NCBI GenBank assembly: GCA_038206105.1
Contig: JBBRBF010000002.1
Coordinates: 19,372 to 83,371, forward strand
DNA from: Actinomycetales bacterium
Lineage (GTDB): Bacteria > Actinomycetota > Actinomycetes > Actinomycetales > JBBRBF01
Length of the DNA: 64,000 nucleotides
Direction of reading: 5' to 3'
Shown here: positions 45,134 to 53,718 of the stretch, one piece after another
How positions within the stretch are numbered: the first letter of the stretch is position 1
Layout: each line of letters begins with the position of its first letter
Translations under genes and position numbers: made by a program
Notes under the pieces: generated by a model
Seen by the model: only the letters and a program-made list of their open reading frames with translations
Databases searched by the model: none
Told to the model about the DNA's origin: nothing

Positions 45134-46677
45134 CGGGTCAGGACGGTCTGGTCGACGCACCCCTCGGTGATCAAGGACTCGGATTCCTCGATCACCGAGG
45201 GGGTGGGGGGAGGGGCGGCAGTCAGCGGGGTGGCAGGGCGGCGGCCGGCGCTGCGGGCACCCAGCGTCAGGAGTGCCAGCAGCGCCGCGGTCCACACGGC
45301 GTGCAGCGCCCAGGTGGCCGTCCCCGGCTCGCGGTAGTCCGGCAGGGCCAGGCGCAGCGCCGCGAGCGGCCAGGGCGCCGCGACGTCCGGTGCCCCGACC
45401 CAGGTGAGGTCGCCGCGCAGGCCCGCGGTGAGCACCCACGCGCTCACGAGCAGTCCGGCGGCCGCCAGCGGGGCGCCCACCGCCGCCGCCACCCGCCGCT
45501 CGGGACGGCGCAGCTCTGCGAGCCACGCGGTGACGGCGAGCACCGCCAGGGGCAGCACGACGACGACCTGCCGGCCGGGCCACCAGTACCCGTGCATCGT
45601 CAGCGCCACGAACGTCGCGGTCAGCCAGCCGGCCACCACCGGGGCGAGCAGCGCCGAGGCGACCAGAGGCCTCCGCCGCGCGGAGGCGGCGAGCGCGCCG
45701 AGGGCCGGCACGGCCAGCAGCCACACGGGAGCCCAGGCGAGCAGCCCGAAGTCCCGGTCGGCGAGCAGCCCGACGAGCCGGGTGCTGCGCCCCAGCAGGT
45801 CGGGAGCGAAGCCGACGGCGCCGATGTCGCCGGACGCCTGGAAGTGGTCGCCGCTGGCGTACGCGGTCCACCCCCCGTACAGGGCGCGGTGGACGACCAG
45901 CCACGCCGCGCCGGACGCCGCGAGCGCACCGACGACGACGGCCGCCGTCCGGCGCTGCCCGCCGCGCCAGGCGGACACGATGCCCACGGCGGCCAGCGCC
46001 GCGGCGACCGGCACGTACTTCACGGCCAGCCAGGGCAGCGCGCTGACGGCGACGACCAGACCCAGCGACCGCGCGGCCGACCAGGGGTGCCCGGCGTTCG
46101 CGCCCGGGGCCGCGCCCGCGTCGCCAGCCCCCGGGCGGGCCGGCAGCAGCACCGCCACGGCCGCGAGCACGACGAGCGCCGCGGGCAGCTCGGGGTAGAC
46201 CTGCTGGCCGTACACGACGAGGGGGGCACTCACACCGGCGACGCCCGCCAGGAGGGCGGCCGAGCCGGGGCCGGTGTCGAACCGGGTGCCGGCGAGCCAC
46301 GTCGTCAGGGCCGCGACGGCTCCGGCGAGCACCGCCAGCAGCGCCTTGGCGGCGACCCACCCACCGAGCCCGACGGCGGGTGCCAGCAGCACCGGCAGCA
46401 GGGGGTCGTGCGGGCTGACCTGCCGGCTGTCGGCGCCCACCTCGGTCTGTGTGGGCAGGGTCGCGGCGTGGTACTGCGACGCCCTGCCGGCAGCCAGCTC
46501 GTCGGCGACGTCGAGGTCGCCGTCCTCCCACAGGCTCGTGGCCGTCAGCAGGTACTGCGGCTCGTCCACGGCAGCCCGCGCACCGTCGGTGGCCGCCACG
46601 CCGATACCCAACGCGGCCGCCACGGCGACCACGACGCCGGCCAGCAGCGCCGCGGACGCCAGGCGCCGTCGGCTCAC
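45130..46677 (-). CDS. GT-C fold polyprenyl-phosphate-dependent glycosyltransferase (ArnT/PMT-like membrane protein)
   Basis: About 515 aa and polytopic. The first-loop acidic motif is VDEPQYLLTATSLWEDGDLDVADE. The GTG start overlaps the epimerase stop (GTGA). Confidence 0.7.
   Translation of the reverse strand: MSRRRLASAALLAGVVVAVAAALGIGVAATDGARAAVDEPQYLLTATSLWEDGDLDVADELAAGRASQYHAATLPTQTEVGADSRQVSPHDPLLPVLLAPAVGLGGWVAAKALLAVLAGAVAALTTWLAGTRFDTGPGSAALLAGVAGVSAPLVVYGQQVYPELPAALVVLAAVAVLLPARPGAGDAGAAPGANAGHPWSAARSLGLVVAVSALPWLAVKYVPVAAALAAVGIVSAWRGGQRRTAAVVVGALAASGAAWLVVHRALYGGWTAYASGDHFQASGDIGAVGFAPDLLGRSTRLVGLLADRDFGLLAWAPVWLLAVPALGALAASARRRPLVASALLAPVVAGWLTATFVALTMHGYWWPGRQVVVVLPLAVLAVTAWLAELRRPERRVAAAVGAPLAAAGLLVSAWVLTAGLRGDLTWVGAPDVAAPWPLAALRLALPDYREPGTATWALHAVWTAALLALLTLGARSAGRRPATPLTAAPPPTPSVIEESESLITEGCVDQTVLTR
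45160..45202. repeat. Inverted pair of CGGTGATCA repeats (AAGGA subfamily) forming an 18-bp-stem hairpin
   Basis: CCCCTCGGTGATCAAGGA-ctcggat-TCCTCGATCACCGAGGGG, with 17/18 positions paired. It lies inside the last ~25 codons of the GT-C gene. Confidence 0.9.
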
Positions 46678-47630
46678 CGAGGAGCCCCCGCGACGAGGGC
46701 GTCCTTCGGACGCTGCCCGGCGGTGGGGAGCCCGGCGAGGGTGGCGGCGACCTGCCGCTCCACCAGCGAGGCCAGGTCGGTCACCGGCACGGTGCCGAGG
46801 AGGTCTCGCAGGCGGCGGGTGCAGGCCAGCGTGTGCCGCACCTCTGCCCGACCGGCGGGGTGCATGACCCGCCCGGGGTCCGTGCCGGTCGCGCGGCAGA
46901 CCGCGTCGGCCAGCTCGCGCAGCGTCCGGCCCCGCCCGGTGCCGACGTTCACGGTGCCGGTCGCGCCGCGCTCGACCAGGCCGAGCAGGACCCGCGCGAC
47001 CTGCACGACGTCGGTGACGTCTCGCGTGCGCTCCGGCGAGCCGAGCAGGTCCAGCGGCCGCCCCGCGAGGGCGGCGTCGATCCATCGGGCCAGTGCCATG
47101 TCGGGTCGTTGGCCCTCGCCGGCGACGGTGAACGGGCGCACGACGAGCACGTGCCCGCCCGCGGCGGCGCGCTGAGCGCAGACGTCCTCGACGGCCACCT
47201 TGCTCCGCGCGTACCCGCCGCGGGGCTGCGGGCGGTCGGTCTCGTGGCAGGCACGGGTACCTGTGGAGCCGCCGTACACCGAGGACGACGACGCCACGAC
47301 GAGCGGGACGTCGGCAGGCACGGCGTCGACGACGGCGGCAGTGGCGAGCACGTTGTCGCGGTGCCGCCGGACGGCGACGTCGGGCCCGTCGTCGCGGACA
47401 CCCGGACACCCGGCGAGGTGCCACACCGCGTCCGCGCCGGCCAGCGCGGCCCGCGTGGCGGGCTCGGCGGCCACGAGGTCGGCGGTGATCGCGTCGACCC
47501 CGGGGACGGCGGTGCGCTCGGCGGGAAGGGGCCGCCGGTCGATGACCGTCACGGCGTGGCCGGCGTCCGACAGGGTGCGCACCAGGTGCCCGCCGAGGAA
47601 GCCGGCACCCCCCGTCACGACGACGCCCAC
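46674..47630 (-). CDS. NAD-dependent epimerase/dehydratase (SDR)
   Basis: VVVTGGAGFLGGHL (Rossmann fold) and the YARSK catalytic motif. GGAGG lies 6 nt before GTG 47630. Confidence 0.9.
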   Translation of the reverse strand: MGVVVTGGAGFLGGHLVRTLSDAGHAVTVIDRRPLPAERTAVPGVDAITADLVAAEPATRAALAGADAVWHLAGCPGVRDDGPDVAVRRHRDNVLATAAVVDAVPADVPLVVASSSSVYGGSTGTRACHETDRPQPRGGYARSKVAVEDVCAQRAAAGGHVLVVRPFTVAGEGQRPDMALARWIDAALAGRPLDLLGSPERTRDVTDVVQVARVLLGLVERGATGTVNVGTGRGRTLRELADAVCRATGTDPGRVMHPAGRAEVRHTLACTRRLRDLLGTVPVTDLASLVERQVAATLAGLPTAGQRPKDALVAGAPR

Positions 47631-47714
47631 CGGCCACCTCCGATCCTGCTGTCGCTGCGGTGGGCCCGAGCCCGGTGCGGCCAGGCGTGACCGCACTGCG
47701 AAGTTAGGGCATCC

Positions 47715-49550
47715 TTGCCTATGTCGGCAAACGCCGACCCGGTCGCCGCGGTGGCCGCCGGGAGCCCGACCGCAGGAGGCCCGATGCCGATCGCCGGCAC
47801 CCGCTACCGGCGTGCGGTCGACCCCGGTCAGACCCGGCTCGGCGCCGACGGACTGCCCGGTCCCGACGCGTCGAGGGGTGCGTTCCCGCGGCCGAACGGT
47901 CCGGCTGCACGGGTGGGACCGGGCGCCCTGCGCCGGGCACGCGTGCTCGCCGGCGTCGCCGTCCTCGTCGTCGCCGCGGTCTACCTGGCCCGCGTGGCCG
48001 ACGTCGCCGAGCTCACGGCCGCGGCGACGGCGGTGGCCTCGGCCCCGGCCACGGTGCTCGCCGCCGTCGCCGCCTACGCCGCCGCCTTCGGGTTGCGCTC
48101 GCTGGCCTGGTGCCGGGTGCTGCCCGGCCTGCGCCCCGGGCAGTCCTGGGCCGCCCTGCACGTCAGCCTGCTCGGCAACCACGTGCTGCCGCTGCGCCTG
48201 GGCGAGGTGCTGCGGGTCACGAGCGTGCTCCGCCGCACCGACCTGGCGCCCGCCCCCGTCGTCGCGAGTGCGGTGACCCTGCGCCTGGGGGACCTGCTCG
48301 GGCTGCTCGTCGTCGCGGCCGTCGCCACGCCCGCCCTGCTGGCGACGCTGGTCGGCCCGGCGTGGTCGGCCACGCTGGCCGTCGCGGTCTCGGCTGCCGC
48401 TCTCGCCGGCGCCGTGTGGTGCCACCGGCTCGCGGCGGGGCGCCGGGTCCGGGTGCCCGGCCCCGCGGTCGCCGCCGCGACGCTGGCCGCGTGGGTGCTG
48501 GAGGCGGTCGTGCTGCTCGCGGTCGCCGGCGCCGCGGGACTGCCGCTGACCTGGGCGCAGGCGGCGGGCGTGACCGCGGTGACGGTGCTGGCCCAGACGG
48601 TGGCGCTGACGCCGGGCGGCCTCGGCACCTACGAGGCGGCCGGGACGGCCGCCCTCGTCGCGCTCGGGCTCCCGGCCGGCCCCGCGCTCGCCGTCGTCCT
48701 GCTCACCCACGGTGTCAAGACCGCCTACGCCCTGGTCGTGGGCGCGATCGCCCTCGGCGTGCCGGGGCCCGGGTACTGGGGCCGGTGGCGGCTGCCGCGC
48801 CGGCTGCCGCAGCGTCCCCCCGGGACGGCCGTGCCCGACGACGCCCCGGTCGTCGCGTTCCTGCCCGCGCACGACGAGGAGGACGCCGTCGCCGAGGTGG
48901 TCGGCGGGCTGCCGCGAGAGGTGCACGGCCGCCGGGTCGAGGTCGTCGTGGTGGACGACGGGTCCACCGACCGGACCGCCGCTCGCGCAGCCGCGGCCGG
49001 CGCCGACGTCGTCCGCGTCGTGCCGAACCGGGGACTGGGTGCCGCCGTCCGCCGGGGCCTGGCCGAGGCCGTGGCGCGTCGCCCCGCGTGCGTGGTCTAC
49101 CTCGACGCGGACGGAGAGTACTTCGGCGAGGACCTCGCCGCGGTGGCCGCGCCCGTGCTCGCGGACGACGCGGACTACGTCGTCGGCAGCCGGTTCGCCG
49201 GCCGGATCGAGGTGATGCGCCGGCACCGCCGCGCCGGCAACCTGGCCCTGACGGCGTGGGTCCGGTGGATGACGCGTCGCCGGGACCTCACCGACGGCCA
49301 GAGCGGCTACCGCGCCTTCTCGCCGGCGGCGGCCGCCGCGGCCGAGGTCGTGCACGACTACAACTACGCCCAGGTGCTCACCCTGGACCTGCTCGGCAAG
49401 GGCTTCACGTACGCCGAGGTCCCGATCCGCTACACGTTCCGTACCTCCGGCACGTCCTTCGTGCACCTAGGGAGGTACCTGCGCGCGGTCGTCCCGGCGG
49501 TCCACCGGCAGCTCAACCCCGCCGACGCTGCGACCCACGACAGCCGGTGA
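47715..49550 (+). CDS. Fusion: flippase-like (lysyl-PG-synthase TM / UPF0104) domain + family 2 glycosyltransferase
   Basis: The N-terminal ~330 aa are polytopic (LLGNHVLPLRLGEVLRV...TPGGLGTYEAA). The C-terminus is GT2 (VVAFLPAHDEEDAV...VVVDDGSTDRT...DADGEY...GQSGYRAF). The true start may be downstream of 47715. Confidence 0.82.
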   Translation: MPMSANADPVAAVAAGSPTAGGPMPIAGTRYRRAVDPGQTRLGADGLPGPDASRGAFPRPNGPAARVGPGALRRARVLAGVAVLVVAAVYLARVADVAELTAAATAVASAPATVLAAVAAYAAAFGLRSLAWCRVLPGLRPGQSWAALHVSLLGNHVLPLRLGEVLRVTSVLRRTDLAPAPVVASAVTLRLGDLLGLLVVAAVATPALLATLVGPAWSATLAVAVSAAALAGAVWCHRLAAGRRVRVPGPAVAAATLAAWVLEAVVLLAVAGAAGLPLTWAQAAGVTAVTVLAQTVALTPGGLGTYEAAGTAALVALGLPAGPALAVVLLTHGVKTAYALVVGAIALGVPGPGYWGRWRLPRRLPQRPPGTAVPDDAPVVAFLPAHDEEDAVAEVVGGLPREVHGRRVEVVVVDDGSTDRTAARAAAAGADVVRVVPNRGLGAAVRRGLAEAVARRPACVVYLDADGEYFGEDLAAVAAPVLADDADYVVGSRFAGRIEVMRRHRRAGNLALTAWVRWMTRRRDLTDGQSGYRAFSPAAAAAAEVVHDYNYAQVLTLDLLGKGFTYAEVPIRYTFRTSGTSFVHLGRYLRAVVPAVHRQLNPADAATHDSR

Positions 49551-49653
49551 CCGGAGCCGGGCAGGCCGTCACAGACTGGCCAGGGACGGGCACGAGGGGT
49601 TACCGTCAGACCTGGTCCAGCAGCGCGGCCGGACCCCACCACGTGTCCGGGGG

Positions 49654-50049
49654 ATGACCATGGCACTGAACCTCACAGCCCAGCTCGACCTCGACGGCGC
49701 CTTCACGGTCGTGGAGACCTCGGGGAGCCTGACCGTTGCCGACGCCCCCGACCTGCGGCGCCGGCTGTCGGCGGTGATGACCGTCGGCGGGCCCCGCGTG
49801 GTGCTCGACCTGTCGAGCTGCGACGCCTCGGGCCCGGACCTGGCCGGGGTGCTGGCCGCGACGCACCGGCAGGCGCGGATGCTCGGCGGCTGGCTCCGCG
49901 TGGTCGGCCCGTCGGACGACCTGCGCCGCGCGCTCGCGGACCCGCTCGGTCCCGGCCACGTCGATGTGATCGACTCCCGGGCGGAGGCCCTGGACGACGT
50001 CCCGACCCAGGCGCGGCGGGCGCGCGACGCCGTGCGTCCCGGAGGCTGA
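49654..50049 (+). CDS. STAS domain protein (anti-sigma factor antagonist-like)
   Basis: FTVVETSGSLTVADAPDLRRRL...VVLDLSSCDASGPDLAGVL is a typical SpoIIAA-like layout. Confidence 0.75.
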   Translation: MTMALNLTAQLDLDGAFTVVETSGSLTVADAPDLRRRLSAVMTVGGPRVVLDLSSCDASGPDLAGVLAATHRQARMLGGWLRVVGPSDDLRRALADPLGPGHVDVIDSRAEALDDVPTQARRARDAVRPGG

Positions 50050-50077
50050 GCGCAGCGGCGAACGCGGTCCGCCGCGC

Positions 50078-51550
50078 TCAGTCCTCGACGACGTGGGAGC
50101 GGAACCCGGCCCTCGCCGCCGCCCATGCCGCGTCGTCCCATCCCCCGCCGGGGCGCAGCGCCGCCGCGGCCGCGGCCGCCATCACCAGCGCGTGGTGGGT
50201 GTTGTCGTGCGCGAACAGCCCGGCGCGGCCCAGCGTCGTGACGCCGGGCAGGCCGTCGGCCCACGCCTCCAGGCCCGCGAGGTGGTCCCCGAAGCCCCGG
50301 GCGTACACCGGGTAGACCACCGGCAGGCGCTCCACGTGCACGCCGCGCAGCACCACGGGGGGCAGGTCCGCGGCAGCCAGCCCGCGTCGCACCGTGTCCG
50401 CGAGGGTGGTGTCGTCGGCCCGCCAGACGTCGTCCCCGACGTCGCAGGGGATCTCGGCGCAGAGCACGGTCCGGTCGCGGGGGTCGTCGGCGCTGTCGCG
50501 GTAGTTGACCGGCTCGCTGACGCGCGACACGGGCGTCTCGCCCCCCGGCAGGTAGTGGGCGTCGTACCGGGTCCACCGGACGCGGCCGGTCGCGTCGGGC
50601 GGGCCGCCGTGCACGAGGTATACGAGCACCATCGCCCGGTACCGCAGCTCGGCGGCGTCCCGCAGCGCCCGGCCCGGGGGCGGCGGGTCGGCGACGCGGG
50701 CGAGCAGCGGCAGCGGCAGCGTCGAGAGCACGCGGGCGGCCCGCACCGCGCGACCGTCCGCCGTGCTCACCACGGTCCTGGCCCCGGACGACGACACCCG
50801 GGTCACCTCTGCGCCGCAGCGGACCGTGGCACCGGCCTGCTCCGCCGCCGCGTGCAGGGCGGTGGTGATCTGCCCGAAGCCGCGGCGGGGGTAGGAGAAG
50901 GTCCTGCCCGGCTGGGGGCCGGGCCCGCGCCGGCGGCGCAGCAGCCGGGCGGCGACCTTGGCGGGCGTGTCCGCGGTGACCCGTACCCGGGCCTGCTCGG
51001 CGTCGACGTCCTCGCCGTCCCGGCCCCAGAGCTTGCGGGCGTAGGGGGCGTACATCTCCCCGTAGAGCGTCGGGCCCAGCGAGGAGCGCAGCACCGCCGC
51101 GTAGGAGTCACGGCTGCCGTGCCGCAGCGGGCCCGTGACGGCGTCCCTCGCGACCCGGGCCAGGACGCCGGGCGGTACCACCCGGGCGAGCTCGGTCGCC
51201 CGCAGGGGGAACGCGACCCACCGTCCGTACAGTCGCAGCCGCCCGTCGCGGGCCCGCACCTGCAGGTCGTCGCCCAGCAGGTCGCGCAGCAGCGCGAGCA
51301 CCGGCTCCGGGGCGGCGGGGTGCAGGCGGTGGCTGCCGCGGTCGACGGCCACGCCGGCGACGGTGAGCCCGGCGGCCATCCCCCCGACCGAGCCGGAGCG
51401 CTCCAGCACCGTCACCGAGAGCCCCTGCGCCGCCGCGCCGTGGGCGACCGCGAGGCCGGCCGGGCCCGCGCCGAGAACCGCGACGTCGACGTCGTCGGCC
51501 TCGTGGCTGCGGGCCGCGTGCCGTCCGTCGTCCCCCGGTGCTGGCGCCAC
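50078..51550 (-). CDS. FAD-dependent oxidoreductase (amine oxidase / HemY-like fold)
   Basis: The dinucleotide motif is VDVAVLGAGPAGLAVAHGAAAQGLSVTVLERSGSVGG. Start at GTG 51550; the track ORF is extended upstream. Confidence 0.8.
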   Translation of the reverse strand: MAPAPGDDGRHAARSHEADDVDVAVLGAGPAGLAVAHGAAAQGLSVTVLERSGSVGGMAAGLTVAGVAVDRGSHRLHPAAPEPVLALLRDLLGDDLQVRARDGRLRLYGRWVAFPLRATELARVVPPGVLARVARDAVTGPLRHGSRDSYAAVLRSSLGPTLYGEMYAPYARKLWGRDGEDVDAEQARVRVTADTPAKVAARLLRRRRGPGPQPGRTFSYPRRGFGQITTALHAAAEQAGATVRCGAEVTRVSSSGARTVVSTADGRAVRAARVLSTLPLPLLARVADPPPPGRALRDAAELRYRAMVLVYLVHGGPPDATGRVRWTRYDAHYLPGGETPVSRVSEPVNYRDSADDPRDRTVLCAEIPCDVGDDVWRADDTTLADTVRRGLAAADLPPVVLRGVHVERLPVVYPVYARGFGDHLAGLEAWADGLPGVTTLGRAGLFAHDNTHHALVMAAAAAAALRPGGGWDDAAWAAARAGFRSHVVED

Positions 51551-51616
51551 GTGCGGTGAGGCTACCGGGGTGTTAGACCAGGACGCCGGCCACCGACCGC
51601 TGCCGGCTCCGGCAGG

Positions 51617-52027
51617 ATGGCCGCCGTGCGGCCGACGGCGGCGAGGCTCGCGTTCGGGCTGGCACTCGCCGTCCAGGTCGTCGTGCTGTATGTCCCCGAC
51701 CCGGGTACCGGCGGGGTCGGGGTCCCCGGGCTCGACAAGGTCGTGCACGCCGCGGTGTTCGCCGCGGCGGCCTGGACCGGGCGGATGGCGGGGGTGCGGT
51801 CCTCGGTCCTGGTCGCGGCGCTCGCGGTGCACGCCGGCGTCAGCGAGGTGGTCCAGGGAGCCGTGCTCGCCGACCGGCACGGGGATCCGCTGGACGTCGT
51901 CGCGGACCTCGTGGGCGTGGCACTGGGTGCCCTGCTGCCGACAGGTCGGGCCGCGACCCGCCGGTCCACCCGCCGGACCACCCCCCGGTCGCGGCGACGG
52001 TCGCGGACGGGGCCGGGCGCGTCATGA
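51617..52027 (+). CDS. VanZ-like family membrane protein
   Basis: Small TM protein with DKVVHAAVFAAAA...GDPLDVVADLVGVALG, as in the VanZ family. Confidence 0.65.
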   Translation: MAAVRPTAARLAFGLALAVQVVVLYVPDPGTGGVGVPGLDKVVHAAVFAAAAWTGRMAGVRSSVLVAALAVHAGVSEVVQGAVLADRHGDPLDVVADLVGVALGALLPTGRAATRRSTRRTTPRSRRRSRTGPGAS

Positions 52028-52034
52028 TGGGCAC

Positions 52035-52616
52035 ATGGACGACGCGGGGTCGGCGCCGGACGGCGGGCGGCTGGTGGGGCGGCTGCTGGTCGCCACGCCG
52101 CAGCTCGTCCACCCGACGTTCCGTCGCACCGTCGTGCTGCTGCTCGACCACGGCGAGGACGGCGCCCTGGGCGTCGTCGTGAACCGGCCGACAGAGGTCG
52201 ACGTCGACGCGGTGCTGCCGGCGTGGCAGCCGTTCGTGACGGGTCCGGGCCGGCTGTTCAACGGCGGGCCGGTGGCGCTCGACACGGCCCTGGGGCTGGC
52301 GACGGTGCCGGGGGACGACGCCGAGCCGATGGGGGTGCGCAAGGTCTTCGGGGCGCTCGGCCTGGTGGACCTCGACGCACCGCCGGAGGTCGTCGTGCCC
52401 GAGCTCTCGGGCCTGCGGATCTTCGCAGGCTACGCCGGGTGGTCGGCGGGCCAGCTCGAGGGCGAGATCGCCGAGGGGTCCTGGTACGTCGTCGACGCCG
52501 AGGCCCGTGACGCGTTCACCGGGGAGCCGCAGGACCTGTGGGGGCAGGTGCTCCGGCGTCAGGGCGGCGACCTCGCCTTCGTGGCCTCGTTCCCCGACGA
52601 CCCGACGATGAACTGA
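52035..52616 (+). CDS. YqgE/AlgH family protein (UPF0301)
   Basis: LLVATPQLVHPTFRRTVVLLLDHGEDGALGVVVNRP...FNGGPV...FAGYAGWSAGQLEGEI..GSWYV. Confidence 0.88.
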   Translation: MDDAGSAPDGGRLVGRLLVATPQLVHPTFRRTVVLLLDHGEDGALGVVVNRPTEVDVDAVLPAWQPFVTGPGRLFNGGPVALDTALGLATVPGDDAEPMGVRKVFGALGLVDLDAPPEVVVPELSGLRIFAGYAGWSAGQLEGEIAEGSWYVVDAEARDAFTGEPQDLWGQVLRRQGGDLAFVASFPDDPTMN

Positions 52617-52618
52617 GA

Positions 52619-52743
52619 CCCCCCGTCGGTGATCATGCACCTCGGCCCCCACCCTCCACGGTGATCATGCACCTCGGGTACGCCCCCGCCCCCCGACGGC
52701 TCCCGACGGCCCCCCACGGTGATCATGCACGTCAGGTACGCCG
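52619..52743 (+). repeat. Three direct copies of the CGGTGATCA repeat (ATGCAC subfamily)
   Basis: CGGTGATCATGCAC occurs at 52627, 52659 and 52717 (spacings 32 and 58 bp). Each copy is preceded by a C-tract; copies 2 and 3 extend to (C/G)TC(G/A)GGTACGCC. The array starts 3 nt after the yqgE stop. Confidence 0.95.
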
Positions 52744-52768
52744 CGTGGTCGCCGGTCGGTGCGCGCCG

Positions 52769-53623
52769 TCAGGTGGGGTCGTCGAGGCCGAAGGGCAGCG
52801 CGCCCAGGGTCCGGTCCCGCTCCTGGCGTGACGCCCGCTCGCGCAGCAGCCGCACCGCGTCGCGGCGGCGCCGTTCCGCGGTGACCGCCGCGAGGAACGC
52901 CTCCGGGGGCGTCCCCGGAGGCGGCGCGGGAGCCACGAGCGGGGCGACCTGCCCGGCGAGCTCGGCGGCGAGCTCCGCGCGGGCCCCCGGGTGCATCGCC
53001 GCGGCCCGGGCGTGCAGCTGGCGCACCGCCATCGCGGTGTCGTCGGGGAGCCGGCCGATGTCGGCGGACGCCGCCCAGGCGGTCAGCGGCGGCGGCATCT
53101 CCACCGGCGCGGGCCACTGCCGAGGGGCCCGCTCCCGCACGACGTAGGTACCGGCCAGCAGGTCACCGAGGCGCTTGCCCCTGGGGCTGGCCAGGGAGGT
53201 GATCACCGCCGGGCTGCCGAGCAGCAGCCACAGCTCGCCGAAGCCCACCAGGGCCCGGGGCAGCGCGTGCCGAAAGCGCACCGGGCCACCGTCGTCGCGC
53301 ACCACGCGCAGCCCGGCCGCGAGCTTTCCGGGCGAGCGCCCGCGGGTCGCCGTCTCCCAGGCGGTCGGGTAGCCGACGAGCACCGCCACCACGACGACGA
53401 GTCCGAGCGCAGCCGCCGCCGAGTCGTCCAGGCCCGTCCCCGCGCCGGCCACCGCCCAGAACAGGGCGACCAGGAGCGCCACCTGGATCACGACGTCGAG
53501 GGCGGCGCCGAGCATGCGGGTCGCGAACGACGCGGAGCGCAGGTCGAGCACGACCGCCTCACCGGTGACGAGGTCCCCGGGCAGCAGGCCCCGCTCGTCG
53601 GCCAGACCCGCCTCCTCGCGCAC
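52769..53623 (-). CDS. RDD family membrane protein
   Basis: TGEAVVLDLRSASFATRMLGAALD...SPGKLAAGLRVVRDDG...RLGDLLAGTYVVRER. Confidence 0.85.
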   Translation of the reverse strand: MREEAGLADERGLLPGDLVTGEAVVLDLRSASFATRMLGAALDVVIQVALLVALFWAVAGAGTGLDDSAAAALGLVVVVAVLVGYPTAWETATRGRSPGKLAAGLRVVRDDGGPVRFRHALPRALVGFGELWLLLGSPAVITSLASPRGKRLGDLLAGTYVVRERAPRQWPAPVEMPPPLTAWAASADIGRLPDDTAMAVRQLHARAAAMHPGARAELAAELAGQVAPLVAPAPPPGTPPEAFLAAVTAERRRRDAVRLLRERASRQERDRTLGALPFGLDDPT

Positions 53624-53718
53624 CCGGCCAGCCTACGAGCGCGCCGGGCGACGGATACGCTCGCCGCACCCGGGCGGCCGACGCCACGCCCGGCACCGAC
53701 CGGCCGGAGGGGGCGGGC

